From: Halobacteroidaceae bacterium
GTDB taxonomy: Bacteria > Bacillota > Halanaerobiia > B1SED10-174
Assembly: GCA_003551665.1 (NCBI GenBank)
Contig: PUNE01000050.1
Span: 14,892 to 78,891 of the forward strand
Direction: 5' to 3'
Length of the DNA stretch: 64,000 nucleotides
Shown: positions 63,753-64,000 of the stretch, piece by piece
Numbering within the stretch: position 1 is the first letter of the stretch
Layout: each line of letters opens with the position of its first letter
Notes under the pieces: model-generated
Databases searched by the model: none
What the model saw: the letters and a program-made list of their open reading frames with translations, nothing else
Told to the model about the DNA's origin: nothing
Made by a program: the position numbers and the translations under genes

Positions 63753-64000
63753 TCAAATTTTTTCCATTGCTTGCTCCAGGTCTGAGAGCAGGTCCTGGGG
63801 GTCTTCCAGTCCCACGGAAATCCGGACCAGGCTTTCATTGAGACCGAACAATTCCAGTTCCCGGGGAGAATAATCCCGGTGGGTCATGGCAAAAGGATAC
63901 TCAATCAGGGTCTCGGTATCTCCCAGGCTAACGGCAATTTTGATCATTTCGAGCCCTGAAAGAAGGTTGCGGGCCGCTTTTTGCCCTCCCTGTAATTCAA
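63753..64000 (-). CDS. Cys/Met-metabolism PLP-dependent enzyme (O-acetylhomoserine sulfhydrylase / cystathionine gamma-synthase family), C-terminal part only
   Basis: AVSLGDTETLIEYPFAMTHRDY...LVRISVGLEDPQDLLSDLEQAM is the conserved family C-terminus. The ORF continues beyond the window end. Confidence 0.8.
   Translation of the reverse strand, partial: ELQGGQKAARNLLSGLEMIKIAVSLGDTETLIEYPFAMTHRDYSPRELELFGLNESLVRISVGLEDPQDLLSDLEQAMEKI

Noticed and set aside
1-64000. CRISPR arrays, rRNA/tRNA genes, IS elements, integrases
   Set aside because: Reading all intergenic regions, I saw no regularly spaced direct repeats, no tRNA-like T-loop/acceptor pattern outside coding regions, and no ORF with transposase or recombinase motifs. 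This is a by-eye scan, not a tRNAscan or CRISPR-finder run.

Overview
This 64-kb chromosomal segment is densely coding, with about 58 protein genes, mostly on the minus strand. I saw no rRNA, tRNA, CRISPR array, transposase or integrase.

Gene content looks Firmicute-like: HPr with His15 and Ser46 plus enzyme I, a PucR regulator, a Bmp-type nucleoside ABC transporter and a YkoF-like protein. It also includes outer-membrane parts (two TolC-like genes, a beta-barrel candidate) and very acidic exported proteins. From this I infer a halophilic diderm Firmicute, perhaps Halanaerobiales-like, with low confidence.

Gene blocks in order:
- Cache/HAMP/PAS/GAF/GGDEF/HD-GYP sensor coupled to a LivK-like binding protein
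- NfeD-stomatin pair
- P5C dehydrogenase
- complete Opp-type peptide ABC operon
- 14-blade WD40 lipoprotein
- MarR-TolC-TolC-MFP-MacB efflux operon
- EreA/Tiki-like secreted protein
- seven-gene same-strand cluster ending in HPr-EI (LarA-like, DUF523, YkoF-like, methyltransferase, saccharopine dehydrogenase-like)
- Bmp nucleoside ABC operon
- cca, ArsR, tandem USP
- a roughly 10-kb low-GC island
- tatA
- S9 peptidase, EreA-like paralog, nucleoside hydrolase and ribokinase
- PucR with a nitrilase-family gene and an unknown gene
- fba
- two-component system with a small secreted protein
- nadE
- holin-like and beta-barrel pair
- a truncated PLP enzyme

Most notable observations:
1. The low-GC island (39.25-49.45 kb) looks like a D-amino-acid / murein-peptide salvage module. 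It has two perfect consensus promoters, two paralogous XRE-cupin regulators, an unlisted zinc-ribbon ORF and no transporter ATPases.
2. The sensor gene appears to have a compensated double frameshift that hides its first TM helix in another frame.
3. A methyltransferase has a conserved N-terminus but no canonical start codon.
4. There are two diverged secreted EreA/Tiki-like paralogs.
5. There is an exported double-propeller WD40 protein.

All functional calls rest on motifs I recognised by eye. No database search was run.
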